Shown here one piece after another: positions 15,754 through 24,175 of a stretch of DNA of 63,416 nucleotides. Below the pieces are notes generated by a model. The model made no database searches, was not told where the DNA came from, and was given only the letters and a program-made list of their open reading frames with translations. Position numbers and translations under genes: made by a program. The DNA comes from Solirubrobacterales bacterium (GTDB lineage: Bacteria; Actinomycetota; Thermoleophilia; Solirubrobacterales; 70-9): NCBI GenBank assembly GCA_040901495.1, contig JBBDYO010000047.1:1-63416 (forward strand). Reading direction: 5' to 3'. Positions within the stretch are counted from its first letter, which is position 1. Each line of letters starts with the position of its first letter.

Positions 15754-16674
15754 ATGCGACGGCGCACGCCCAGGGTTAGACAGCGCTTCGTGGGCGCCAT
15801 CGTGGCACTCGCGTGCCTGGCACTGCTCGCGCCCATCGGGCCCGCCAGCGCCTCCACCCGCCTGCACCCAGCTGCGCCGGCGGCCAATGGCGAAGTGAAG
15901 CGCGTGCTCAACTACTGGACGCCGGACAGGATGCGCAACGCCCGGCCTCTCGACGCACCGCTGTTCAGCTCCACCGCGACCGCCAGCTTCGCCCCCGTCA
16001 CCGAACCGACCGTTGCGCCGCGCATCGTCAACGGCCGCCTCTTCGTTCGTCAGCAGGGCAGCCAGGGCTTCTGCTCCGCCACCGCGATCAACAGCCCGTC
16101 CCGGCAACTGATCCTGACCGCGGGACACTGCGTCAACTCCGGCCCGCTGGGCTTTCGCGGCAACAGCGCTTGGTCACGCTACGTTCAGTTCGTCCCGGCC
16201 TACACCGACGGCATCGCGCCCTTTGGCGCGTTCGTGGCCCGTCGCAACTTCGTCTTCGCCCCGCGGCAATGGGTCGAGTTCGGCAACTCAAACTTCGATG
16301 TCGGCGCGATCCTCACCTCGCCCAACGCCGAAGGGGTAAACGTCGCGGATGCGGTCGGTGGCGCGACGATCGTCACCGACCTCACCCGTCGCCAGCGGTT
16401 CCAGACCTTCGGCTATCCCGGCAAATCCACCTCGATGCAGGGCTGCGAATCGCCGTACGTCGGCGACGATGTCCTCACCTACCAAGCCCCCGGCCCGCCA
16501 ACCCTCGCGATCCGCTGCCACTGGGCACCTGGGGCAAGCGGTGGGGGCTGGCTGATCAACGAAGGGACCGCGATCAACGGGCTGACCAGCTACGGCAAAC
16601 GCCGCGACCGGGTCCACACCTTCAGCCCGTACTTCAGTAGTCGCACCGTCGGCCGCCTTGTGGCGGGCATGTAG
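15754..16674 (+). CDS. secreted trypsin-like (S1) serine peptidase
   Basis: Signal peptide, catalytic His motif LTAGHCV, catalytic Ser motif GASGGGW. Confidence 0.75.
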   Translation: MRRRTPRVRQRFVGAIVALACLALLAPIGPASASTRLHPAAPAANGEVKRVLNYWTPDRMRNARPLDAPLFSSTATASFAPVTEPTVAPRIVNGRLFVRQQGSQGFCSATAINSPSRQLILTAGHCVNSGPLGFRGNSAWSRYVQFVPAYTDGIAPFGAFVARRNFVFAPRQWVEFGNSNFDVGAILTSPNAEGVNVADAVGGATIVTDLTRRQRFQTFGYPGKSTSMQGCESPYVGDDVLTYQAPGPPTLAIRCHWAPGASGGGWLINEGTAINGLTSYGKRRDRVHTFSPYFSSRTVGRLVAGM

Positions 16675-16688
16675 CCGGCGCGGCTGCC

Positions 16689-17102
16689 TCAGGCGCTAAG
16701 CCGATTGCGATAGAAGCGGTAGTCGCCTCGCTCCGGGCGCAGGTTCGAGGCGAGGGCCAGGTGGTGGCGCGCACGCTCCGTCTCTCCGGTCTTCGCCAGC
16801 GCCCTGCCCAGGCAGAAGTGGGCGTAGTCGTTGACCTGATGGGAATCGACGACCGCCTCGAACTCCGTCGCTGCCGCGGCAAACCGGCCGAGGCGGAAAT
16901 AGGCGCGCCCCAGCGCCTCGCGAATCGACGACTTCTCGGGCGCCCGCCGCGCCGCGGCCTCCAGCGGCACCGTCGCCTGCTCGTAGTCCGACTCCGCGAG
17001 CAGCTCGATTCCACGCCGGTAGAGCGTGAAGGTCGAGTCGCGATCGGTCACGGAGCCCATCGCTAAAAGTTTAGGCAGGCGTCGTGGCCGGCCGGCGAGC
17101 AT
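16689..17102 (-). CDS. TPR-repeat protein
   Basis: TPR-like A/Y/F periodicity (ALGRAYFRLGRFAAAATEFEAVV, FCLGRALAKTGETERARHHLALA). An alternative start is possible at 17060. Confidence 0.6.
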   Translation of the reverse strand: MLAGRPRRLPKLLAMGSVTDRDSTFTLYRRGIELLAESDYEQATVPLEAAARRAPEKSSIREALGRAYFRLGRFAAAATEFEAVVDSHQVNDYAHFCLGRALAKTGETERARHHLALASNLRPERGDYRFYRNRLSA

Positions 17103-17126
17103 TGCGAGCGCGGAGCTGCCCGCTCC

Positions 17127-18122
17127 TTACCTAGACCGCACGGCCCCGACCGTCTGCCGCAGCGTGTCGGTGGCGTCGTGGTGCGGCCTCCAGTGCAGCT
17201 TCTCGCGAGCCCTGGAGGTATCCATCAGCACCGGCCGGCGGAGGGTCTCGATCCAGGCGGCCTCATCGGGCAGGAACGGCAGGTACGCCACCGCCTCGGC
17301 GGCCACGCCGACAGCGAAGCGAGGAGCCGGCACCGCATGCCAGCCGAGCGCGTGGGCCAGGTCGGAGACGGTCAGCTGTCCGGGCCCGGCGAGGTTGTAG
17401 ACGCCCGGCTCGCCCTCGCCGACCACGGCCGCGCACAGCGCCGCGGCCACGTCGTCGTGGTGGATCAGCTGGAACGGCACGCCGGGATCGGGCAAGACCG
17501 GGCGCAGCTCGGGGACCTTGCCCAGCGCCCACCGCAGCGGGCCCGGGATCCTCTGGCCGATCGCCAGCAGTGGGATCAGATCGAGCAGCAAGGTCGCATC
17601 CGGCCCGGCGACGATGCAGGGACGGAAGACGTAGGCGTCCGTATCGGAGCCCTCCAGCGCCTCGGCGAGCACATCCTCGACCTCTGCCTTGTGGGCCGAA
17701 TAGGGGTGGCGAGCGGTTCCCCGCACCGGCGTGTCCTCGGTCAGCAGAGCCGGCGCGTCGGGGTGAAACCCGTAGGCGGCAACCGAGGACGTGTAGACGA
17801 GCCGCTTGGCCTTCGCCGCCGCCGTGGCCTCGAACACGTTGCGCGATCCGGTCAGGTTGATCTCGCGACTCTCGCCACGGCCGGCGACGATCACGAAGGC
17901 GAGGTGAACGACGACATCGGCCTCCTCGACGAGAGCATCGACCGCCTCCCGGTCGAGGATGTCCCCGCGGCGATATTCGAGCTTCTCCCAGTCGCGGCCG
18001 GCCAGCTTGAAGGGCCGCCGCGCCATGCCGATCACGCGCTCCACCTGTGGCTCCCGCTCGAGCGCCGCAAGGAACGGCTTGCCGATCTCTCCGGTCGGCC
18101 CGGTCACCGCAACGGTCAGCAT
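17127..18122 (-). CDS. NAD-dependent epimerase/dehydratase family protein
   Basis: N-terminal VAVTGPTGEIGKPF Rossmann motif and YSAHK catalytic Tyr-x3-Lys. Confidence 0.8.
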   Translation of the reverse strand: MLTVAVTGPTGEIGKPFLAALEREPQVERVIGMARRPFKLAGRDWEKLEYRRGDILDREAVDALVEEADVVVHLAFVIVAGRGESREINLTGSRNVFEATAAAKAKRLVYTSSVAAYGFHPDAPALLTEDTPVRGTARHPYSAHKAEVEDVLAEALEGSDTDAYVFRPCIVAGPDATLLLDLIPLLAIGQRIPGPLRWALGKVPELRPVLPDPGVPFQLIHHDDVAAALCAAVVGEGEPGVYNLAGPGQLTVSDLAHALGWHAVPAPRFAVGVAAEAVAYLPFLPDEAAWIETLRRPVLMDTSRAREKLHWRPHHDATDTLRQTVGAVRSR

Positions 18123-18150
18123 CTAGTCGATTTTCTCAGCTGCGCGCGAC

Positions 18151-19068
18151 CTACTGGGTCGAGGCGAGCCAACGCCGCTCCTTCGAACGCATCACCGGTG
18201 TGGCAAGGAGGCTGCCCAGGCGGCGCTGCACCTTTCGCGCCCGTGAGTCATGCCCTGCCGGAAGCAGCTTGGCGAGCTGACGGTACTCGCGCGAGACGCT
18301 GCTCGTCCGGAAGGCGGTGGCGATCGTGGTGAGCAGGTCCGATGGCTCGGACACCGTGGTCCTCACCAGCTCCTTCCCTTCGGCCGTGATCCGCAGCTCC
18401 GCCGGGTAGCTGCGGGCGGGCGGAGGCTGTAGCGGCGTGGCGAGCGTGGCGCCTATCGAGGTGGCCAGCTCGGCGCGGATCTCCTCTGGGTCGCCCGAGC
18501 GAGCCCGCGCGCGCCCTTCGCCCTCCTTGGCCTGCACCAGGCGGGCGCTCCCCAGCTCCCCTTCATTGAGCTCGTCGAGCAGCCAGCGATCGCCGCTTGC
18601 GACCAGCACCGGGATCCCCTCGGCCGCGAGGCCCTGCGCGTAGACCTGGACCTCGCTCAGCGACTCGCCGTCGAGCAACACCTCCATGTCCCAGACGAAG
18701 GTGTGCGAGGAAAATCCGCGCGGGCTGGGCGTCTTGGCGTGGTGGCCGATCATCACGACTGCGTCGAGAGGGCCGCCGTGGGCCTTCGTCATCGAGGGGT
18801 TGGCCTCGACCAGCGCCAGGTCGGCGATCGGGCGCACTTCTATCCCGTCCGGCATGCGCTCGCGTTCGATGTTGGTCCCGACCATGTGCCAGTCCCCGAC
18901 CGAGATGCGCTCGGCCCCGCCGTCGCGCAGGGCAGCAACCACGGCAAGCACCTCATTGGTCATCAGCGCCCGGCCACGCGCGTAAGCGGCAGGGTGCGAG
19001 GGCAGGCAATCGCCGTAGTCGTCGATGCCCGCTATCCCCTCCATATCCGCGGCAATCAGGACGTTCAC
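18151..19068 (-). CDS. M55-family D-aminopeptidase (DppA-like)
   Basis: MNVLIAADMEGIAGI N-terminus, GDWH and GHHA motifs as in B. subtilis DppA. Confidence 0.7.
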   Translation of the reverse strand: MNVLIAADMEGIAGIDDYGDCLPSHPAAYARGRALMTNEVLAVVAALRDGGAERISVGDWHMVGTNIERERMPDGIEVRPIADLALVEANPSMTKAHGGPLDAVVMIGHHAKTPSPRGFSSHTFVWDMEVLLDGESLSEVQVYAQGLAAEGIPVLVASGDRWLLDELNEGELGSARLVQAKEGEGRARARSGDPEEIRAELATSIGATLATPLQPPPARSYPAELRITAEGKELVRTTVSEPSDLLTTIATAFRTSSVSREYRQLAKLLPAGHDSRARKVQRRLGSLLATPVMRSKERRWLASTQ

Positions 19069-19273
19069 ACCGTTACCCTAGACCACCCCGAAACCCTTGG
19101 CCTAAGGCGGCCGCGAAAGCAAAAATGCGCCAATAGCTGGGACTACTGCTACGGTGTTGGTGTCGGGTTTGGCGCAGTTCGCCACCCGAGAGGTTCCGTT
19201 CCCTTCGTGCGTTGCTTTGCGTTTAGGGGTCGCTGGATCTCCCTTAAACGCTCAAAAAGGAGCTCACCACATC

Positions 19274-20521
19274 ATGTCGTTTGCCGATCTCGGCATCTCT
19301 AAGCCTGTTCTGGGCGCACTCGCTCAGCGCGGCATCACTCAACCTTTCCCTGTCCAACAGATGGTCATCAGCGACGCGCTGGAGGGACACGACCTTCTCG
19401 TCCAGTCGCCGACCGGCTCTGGCAAGACGCTCGCCTTCGGCCTGCCGCTGGTGGAGCTCGTCGAGCCGTCTGACCAGCGCCCCTCCGCCCTCGTGCTCGC
19501 GCCGACGCGCGAGCTGGCGAGCCAGATCGTCGACGAGCTGGAGTCGATTGCCGGCACCCGCCGGCTGCGGATCGCCGCGGTCTACGGCGGCGTCGGCTTC
19601 GGCCCGCAGAGCACAGCCGCCCGCCGCGCCGACATCGTGGTCGCGACGCCAGGGCGCCTCGAGGACCTTCTTCAGCGCGGGGTGATCTCGCTTGGGCACA
19701 TTCGCGTCCTCGTCCTCGACGAGGCCGACCGCATGCTGGACATGGGGTTCAAGCCCGCGGTGGACCGGATCGTCTCCAAGACCCCGGCCCAGCGCCAGAC
19801 ACTCTTCTTCTCCGCCACCCTGGAAGGCGCCATCGGCAAGCTCGCGGCCGCCTACACGCATAACGCGCGCCACCACACCCAGGCGGCGGCCGAGCGCAGC
19901 AAGGCCGACATCGAGCACCGCTTCGTCCACGTCGATTCCCAGGGCGCGAAGCTCGACCACCTGGCCGGGCAGCTGCGCGACGGCGAGCAGAGCCGCACGC
20001 TGGTCTTCGTCCGCACCAAGCGAGGCGCCGACCGGCTGGTCAAGCGTCTTCGCAGCCATGATCTGGAGGCGGTCGCGATGCACGGCGACAAAAGCCAGGG
20101 CCAGCGCGAACGGGCCCTCGCCCGTTTCGAGCGCGGCGACGTTCACACGCTTGTGGCGACCGATGTCGCCGCCCGTGGAATCGACGTCGCGGACATCACC
20201 CACGTGATCAACTTCGACGTTCCCGGGGATCGTGACTCCTACGTGCACCGGGTCGGCCGCACCGGACGGGCGGGCCGCCGCGGGGCGGGGACCAGCTTCG
20301 TGCTGGCCGACCAGGCCGCGGACATGCAGCGCATCGCCCGCGACCTCGGCCTCGGCCGTGAGTTCGACCAGGGCCGGAGCGGTCAACCCCGAGGCAATGG
20401 AAATGGCAATAGGAAGCCGGCCTCGTCTCACAATGGGAAGCCGTCGCCATCTCACAACGGGAAGCCCTCCTCGTCTCAGAGCGCGCGCCGTCGCCGGCGC
20501 AAGCGCAAGGTGACCGCATGA
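19274..20521 (+). CDS. DEAD-box ATP-dependent RNA helicase
   Basis: Q motif (FPVQ), AQSPTGSGKT-like SPTGSGKT, DEAD, SAT, HGD and RTGRAG motifs. RBS AAAAAGGAG upstream of the ATG at 19274. The basic tail has NGKPS repeats. Confidence 0.9.
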   Translation: MSFADLGISKPVLGALAQRGITQPFPVQQMVISDALEGHDLLVQSPTGSGKTLAFGLPLVELVEPSDQRPSALVLAPTRELASQIVDELESIAGTRRLRIAAVYGGVGFGPQSTAARRADIVVATPGRLEDLLQRGVISLGHIRVLVLDEADRMLDMGFKPAVDRIVSKTPAQRQTLFFSATLEGAIGKLAAAYTHNARHHTQAAAERSKADIEHRFVHVDSQGAKLDHLAGQLRDGEQSRTLVFVRTKRGADRLVKRLRSHDLEAVAMHGDKSQGQRERALARFERGDVHTLVATDVAARGIDVADITHVINFDVPGDRDSYVHRVGRTGRAGRRGAGTSFVLADQAADMQRIARDLGLGREFDQGRSGQPRGNGNGNRKPASSHNGKPSPSHNGKPSSSQSARRRRRKRKVTA

Positions 20522-20910
20522 GCCAAAGCCCGAAGACATCGAAGAAATGGACGTGCGACCAGTGCGAAATGTCCGTCGGTCAAATCGACAGCAAGCCCGT
20601 CCCATTCCCCGATACCTGGGCAAGCTCGGCCGATGGCCAGTTTTGCCTGGTCTGCAGGCGTGAGCGCGCAGCGAAGGCAGCGCTGGAGTCGGCTCCCGAC
20701 TGCTCGCTGGCAGCTCGCGCACAGCTTCGCCGCGCCGCTCTGATCGAGTTCGAGGTCCGTCGCACACCCGACCATTCGGATGGGATGATCGCCAAGGCCT
20801 GTCACTCCTCGGTCTCGGCGGTCGCCAAGGCGCGCACCCGCCTGCGGCTACCCACTCCCCCGCCGACCACCGGCAGGCGCGCTAATCATCGCGAGCCCGC
20901 GCGCCGATAG
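20518..20910 (+). CDS. hypothetical zinc-ribbon / HTH-like small protein
   Basis: CDQC ... CLVC pairs, then an HTH-like stretch MIAKACHSSVSAVAKAR. ATGA overlap with the helicase stop. Confidence 0.45.
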   Translation: MSQSPKTSKKWTCDQCEMSVGQIDSKPVPFPDTWASSADGQFCLVCRRERAAKAALESAPDCSLAARAQLRRAALIEFEVRRTPDHSDGMIAKACHSSVSAVAKARTRLRLPTPPPTTGRRANHREPARR

Positions 20911-20931
20911 TAGGTCCGTGGGGACGTTCGC

Positions 20932-21801
20932 ATGGAGATAGGTATCGGCCTGGCCATCGCGGCGGGGCTGTTGACGAACGTTGCGTCGCTGCTCAAGCAT
21001 CGCGGCTGCCACAACGTCGATCCGATCTCGATACGGAAACCACTCCGCAGCGCACGGGGGCTGGCCGCTTCACGCTGGTTCGCGGCAGGCTGGGGACTGG
21101 CGGCGGTCGCTTGGCTGGTCCACGTCGCCGCCCTCTCGATGGCCCCGATCTCAATCGTTCAGGCCATCTTGGCCGGCAGTGCCGTGACCCTCGCGGTGAT
21201 GGCGCAGCGCCTGTTCGGCGATCCCGTCGAGCGACGCCAGTGGTTCGCGCTCTTCCTGGGCAGCGCCGGCATCGCCCTGCTCGTCGTCACGGTCCCGCAC
21301 TTCAGCGGAAGCCATTCTGAATTCTCGGTCGCGCCGATCCTCGGCTTCGAGGGCGGGCTTGCGTTGATCGCCGCGGCGCTCCTCTCCGGTCACCGCTCCG
21401 AGCGCCTCAACGAGCACGGTGGCATCTTGCTCGCGGCGATCGCGGGAATCCTCATCGCCCTCGCGGGTGTCGCCATCAAGGGGCTGACGGGAGCCGGAGG
21501 CGTATCGGTCGCGGTGCTCGCACCCTGGATCTCGCTGATCGTGCTTGCTGGAGCACTTGCCCAGTACGCCACCGTGGCGGCGCTTCAACGCGGCGGTGCG
21601 ATCGAGACGATCGGCTTGATGGGACTCGTCGCAAACGCGGCGCAGATCGCGGGAGGAGTCATCGTCTTCGGAGACCCACTCTCCACAGACCCCGTCGGCC
21701 TCGTCCTCCAGGTCATGGCCTTCGCGATGGTCTGCGCCTCGGCGCTGCTCATCCCGTCGCAACGAGCCGGCATAAAGCCGCTGGCCACCACCACGGCCTA
21801 A
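20932..21801 (+). CDS. DMT-superfamily (EamA/NIPA-like) membrane transporter
   Basis: 289 aa, about nine hydrophobic helices, no soluble domain. Confidence 0.55.
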   Translation: MEIGIGLAIAAGLLTNVASLLKHRGCHNVDPISIRKPLRSARGLAASRWFAAGWGLAAVAWLVHVAALSMAPISIVQAILAGSAVTLAVMAQRLFGDPVERRQWFALFLGSAGIALLVVTVPHFSGSHSEFSVAPILGFEGGLALIAAALLSGHRSERLNEHGGILLAAIAGILIALAGVAIKGLTGAGGVSVAVLAPWISLIVLAGALAQYATVAALQRGGAIETIGLMGLVANAAQIAGGVIVFGDPLSTDPVGLVLQVMAFAMVCASALLIPSQRAGIKPLATTTA

Positions 21802-21836
21802 TCAAGCCGGCCCCACACTCGACTACCATCGAGCCC

Positions 21837-22238
21837 ATGCTCTTTGGTCAACAGCACGTCGATCGCTACCAGGCCACCGGCGGCGAGGAGGGCCACGAGT
21901 GGCAAGGGACCCAGACCCTGCTGCTCACCACCACCGGCCGTAAGTCGGGCGAGCCGCGCACCACGCCGCTGATCTACGCCCCGCACGACGATGCCTACAT
22001 GATCGTGGCATCCAAAGGCGGCACCGACGACCCGCCCGCGTGGTACCTGAACCTCTCCGAGAACCCCGAGGTGGAAGTGCAGGTCAAGGGAGACAAGTTC
22101 AAGGCCCGCGCCCGCACGGCAAGCGCGGAGGAGAAGCCGGAGATGTGGGAGACGATGGCCAAGGAGTGGCCCGCCTACAACGACTATCAGCGCAACACCG
22201 AGCGCGAGATCCCAGTCGTAGTCCTAGACCGCATCTAG
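21837..22238 (+). CDS. deazaflavin (F420)-dependent nitroreductase-family oxidoreductase (DDN family)
   Basis: TTTGRKSGEPRTTPL, ASKGG and PAWYLNLSENPEVEV motifs characteristic of the DDN/PPOX-class family. Confidence 0.8.
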   Translation: MLFGQQHVDRYQATGGEEGHEWQGTQTLLLTTTGRKSGEPRTTPLIYAPHDDAYMIVASKGGTDDPPAWYLNLSENPEVEVQVKGDKFKARARTASAEEKPEMWETMAKEWPAYNDYQRNTEREIPVVVLDRI

Positions 22239-22246
22239 AAGCCGAA

Positions 22247-23752
22247 TTACCTGGCGAAGCCGGGGATCTGACCCTTAAGGCACATGGGCAGCGGCCCGCC
22301 GGGGTTGCAGACCTTGAACCTGGTGACCTCCGGCGGCCCTTTCAGGCCGGTCCAACCGATTGCGCGAACTCGAAAGACATGCGTTCCGAGCCCTACGCGG
22401 TAGCTCTTCGGCGAGCGGCATCGCTTGACCGGCCGCCCATCGAGCTTGCAGGCGAAACCGCGAACCTGGGCACCGTTCGTCGCGAAGAAGCGGAACCGGG
22501 CTTTGTACGTGTGGCCTTTGATCTCGACGCCGGGAAACGGTCGCAGCGCGATTGTCGTCCGCGGTCGCTTCGGCCGTTTCTTGCCTTTCCCTTTGCCTTT
22601 GTTGTCGACGGGCGCCGGCGGGTCCACGAACGGGTTCTTGCTGGTGAATATCTGGCCCTTGATCACCACTGTCGCGCAGAGCGAGGTCGATGGGCACGAG
22701 ACCCCAAACATGTGGTTGGCCGCGGTTTCTTCGACCTGCGGGTACGGAATGACGTTCTCGAAAGTCCAATCGCCTGGCCCGCCGGTTGGGTTGGTGGACG
22801 TCAGAACGTCGCCGTTGTTGTCGACCGCGACGCAGCGACTCAACGAGATGCATGAGACGCCGGTGATCTGCACCGAGCCGCCCCCGTCAACCGAGTCCCA
22901 GACAGAAGCGCTGCCCGTGGGGTTGGTGGAGCTGACCAGGTTCCCAATCAGGTTGCCGGTCACGCAAAGGGCCGGCGACGGACAGGAGACTCCCCCGAGG
23001 CCGCCCTGCCCGCCGGGCATTTGCACGGACTGCCAGGCGCCGCCGAGTGGATTGGTCGAGCTGACGATCTCGCCGTCATAAGTGGTGTTGTCGCCGTCAT
23101 CGCCGACGGCAACGCAGAACGTGGGGGAAACACAGGAGATCCCGCGCAGTTCGACCGAGTGATCGAGTGTGGCGATCGACCAGTCCGAGACCCCACCAGT
23201 CGGGTTGGTCGAGGTCACGATTTTGCCTTTGCCAGCCGACGCCGCGCAGAACGACGGGGTCGGGCAGGAGATCCCGAGCATGTGGGTGTTGGGACCTTTG
23301 CCGTCGAGATCGACCGTGCTCCAGGCAGCCTCGCCACCGGTCGGGTTGGTCGAGGCGTAGATCAGCCCATCGAAGGACACGGCTACACAGAGCTCAGACG
23401 AGGGGCAGGAGACACCCCGGATCTGACGCCCGTTGAAGCTGCTGTTAGGCGCCGTCAGGATCGCCCCTTCCCCCACATAGGCGGCTTTCCAATCCGCGAC
23501 CCCACCAGTCGGGTTGGTCGAGGTAGCAACCGTGTTGTTGCCCCCCACAGCAACGCACAGCGAGGCCGACGGGCACGACACCCCGAACATCCCCACCTTC
23601 CCCGCCTCGCCAGTCAGCTGCACCCCAGTCCAAGTCGCCCCAACCGCCGTCCCAGCACCAACCACAAGCAGAACAAAGGCAAGGAGCAGGCCAAGCAGCG
23701 AGCGCCTTAGAGCACTCCGTCCCTCACGGACCTCTTTCGCCTCCATCTCCAT
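22247..23752 (-). CDS. secreted protein with seven Cys-pair/Asp-box-like repeats (propeller-like) and a basic Ig-like C-terminal domain
   Basis: Signal/TM LLGLLLAFVLLVVGAG. Seven copies of (V/I)SCPSxxLCVAV ... STNPTGGxxxW. Then a KGKGKGKKRPKRPR linker and a Cys-containing beta domain. Start ATG at 23752 or 23746. Confidence 0.6.
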   Translation of the reverse strand: MEMEAKEVREGRSALRRSLLGLLLAFVLLVVGAGTAVGATWTGVQLTGEAGKVGMFGVSCPSASLCVAVGGNNTVATSTNPTGGVADWKAAYVGEGAILTAPNSSFNGRQIRGVSCPSSELCVAVSFDGLIYASTNPTGGEAAWSTVDLDGKGPNTHMLGISCPTPSFCAASAGKGKIVTSTNPTGGVSDWSIATLDHSVELRGISCVSPTFCVAVGDDGDNTTYDGEIVSSTNPLGGAWQSVQMPGGQGGLGGVSCPSPALCVTGNLIGNLVSSTNPTGSASVWDSVDGGGSVQITGVSCISLSRCVAVDNNGDVLTSTNPTGGPGDWTFENVIPYPQVEETAANHMFGVSCPSTSLCATVVIKGQIFTSKNPFVDPPAPVDNKGKGKGKKRPKRPRTTIALRPFPGVEIKGHTYKARFRFFATNGAQVRGFACKLDGRPVKRCRSPKSYRVGLGTHVFRVRAIGWTGLKGPPEVTRFKVCNPGGPLPMCLKGQIPGFAR

Positions 23753-23864
23753 CGTCCCCCAAACCCAACCCGCCACAAGAAGTTTCCGACCAGCCCAAGC
23801 GGCCTGCATATGTAGGGCTCGACCCCGCGGACGCAATCGGGTTCCAATCTCGTCCCCGCTTTAG

Positions 23865-23937
23865 TACCGCTACCGGGATTCGAACCCGGGTTTCCGGACT
23901 GAGAATCCGGCGTCCTAGTCCCCTAGACGATAGCGGC
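23865..23937 (-). tRNA. tRNA-Glu (anticodon CTC)
   Basis: Hand-folded cloverleaf: acceptor GCCGCTA/TAGCGGT, anticodon stem CCGGA/TCCGG with loop TTCTCAG, T-arm CCGGG-TTCGAAT-CCCGG. Confidence 0.85.
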
Positions 23938-24008
23938 GAGGAGGCGGCATTCTAGCGAGAGTGATGGTTAGCGTCCTTTGCTGGGTCCGTCCTAGAGACG
24001 AGGTAGTC

Positions 24009-24030
24009 TACGAACATGTGTTCGTACAAT
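24009..24030 (+). promoter_or_regulatory. LexA (Cheo/SOS-box type) palindrome overlapping a TACAAT -10 element
   Basis: TACGAACATGTGTTCGTA at 24009-24026 contains an exact CGAAC-N4-GTTCG. TACAAT at 24025-24030 lies 47 nt upstream of tRNA-Leu. Confidence 0.5.
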
Positions 24031-24076
24031 TGCATGGCTCCCGCCCTCGCTCCAACCGCTAGATTGAAGGCCACAA

Positions 24077-24159
24077 GCGGGTGTGGCGGAATGGCAGACG
24101 CGCGAGCTTCAGGTGCTCGTGTCCTTCGGGACGTGGAGGTTCGACTCCTCTCACCCGCA
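24077..24159 (+). tRNA. tRNA-Leu (anticodon CAG)
   Basis: Acceptor GCGGGTG/CACCCGC+A, anticodon stem CGAGC/GCTCG with loop TTCAGGT, long variable arm, T-arm GGAGG-TTCGACT-CCTCT. Confidence 0.9.
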
Positions 24160-24175
24160 CTTTCGAAAGGCGCTG

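Noticed and set aside
24083-24175. ORF-track start of the LAGLIDADG gene inside tRNA-Leu.
   Set aside because: The first 31 codons simply translate the tRNA. GTG at 24176 with a GAAAGG RBS is the plausible start.
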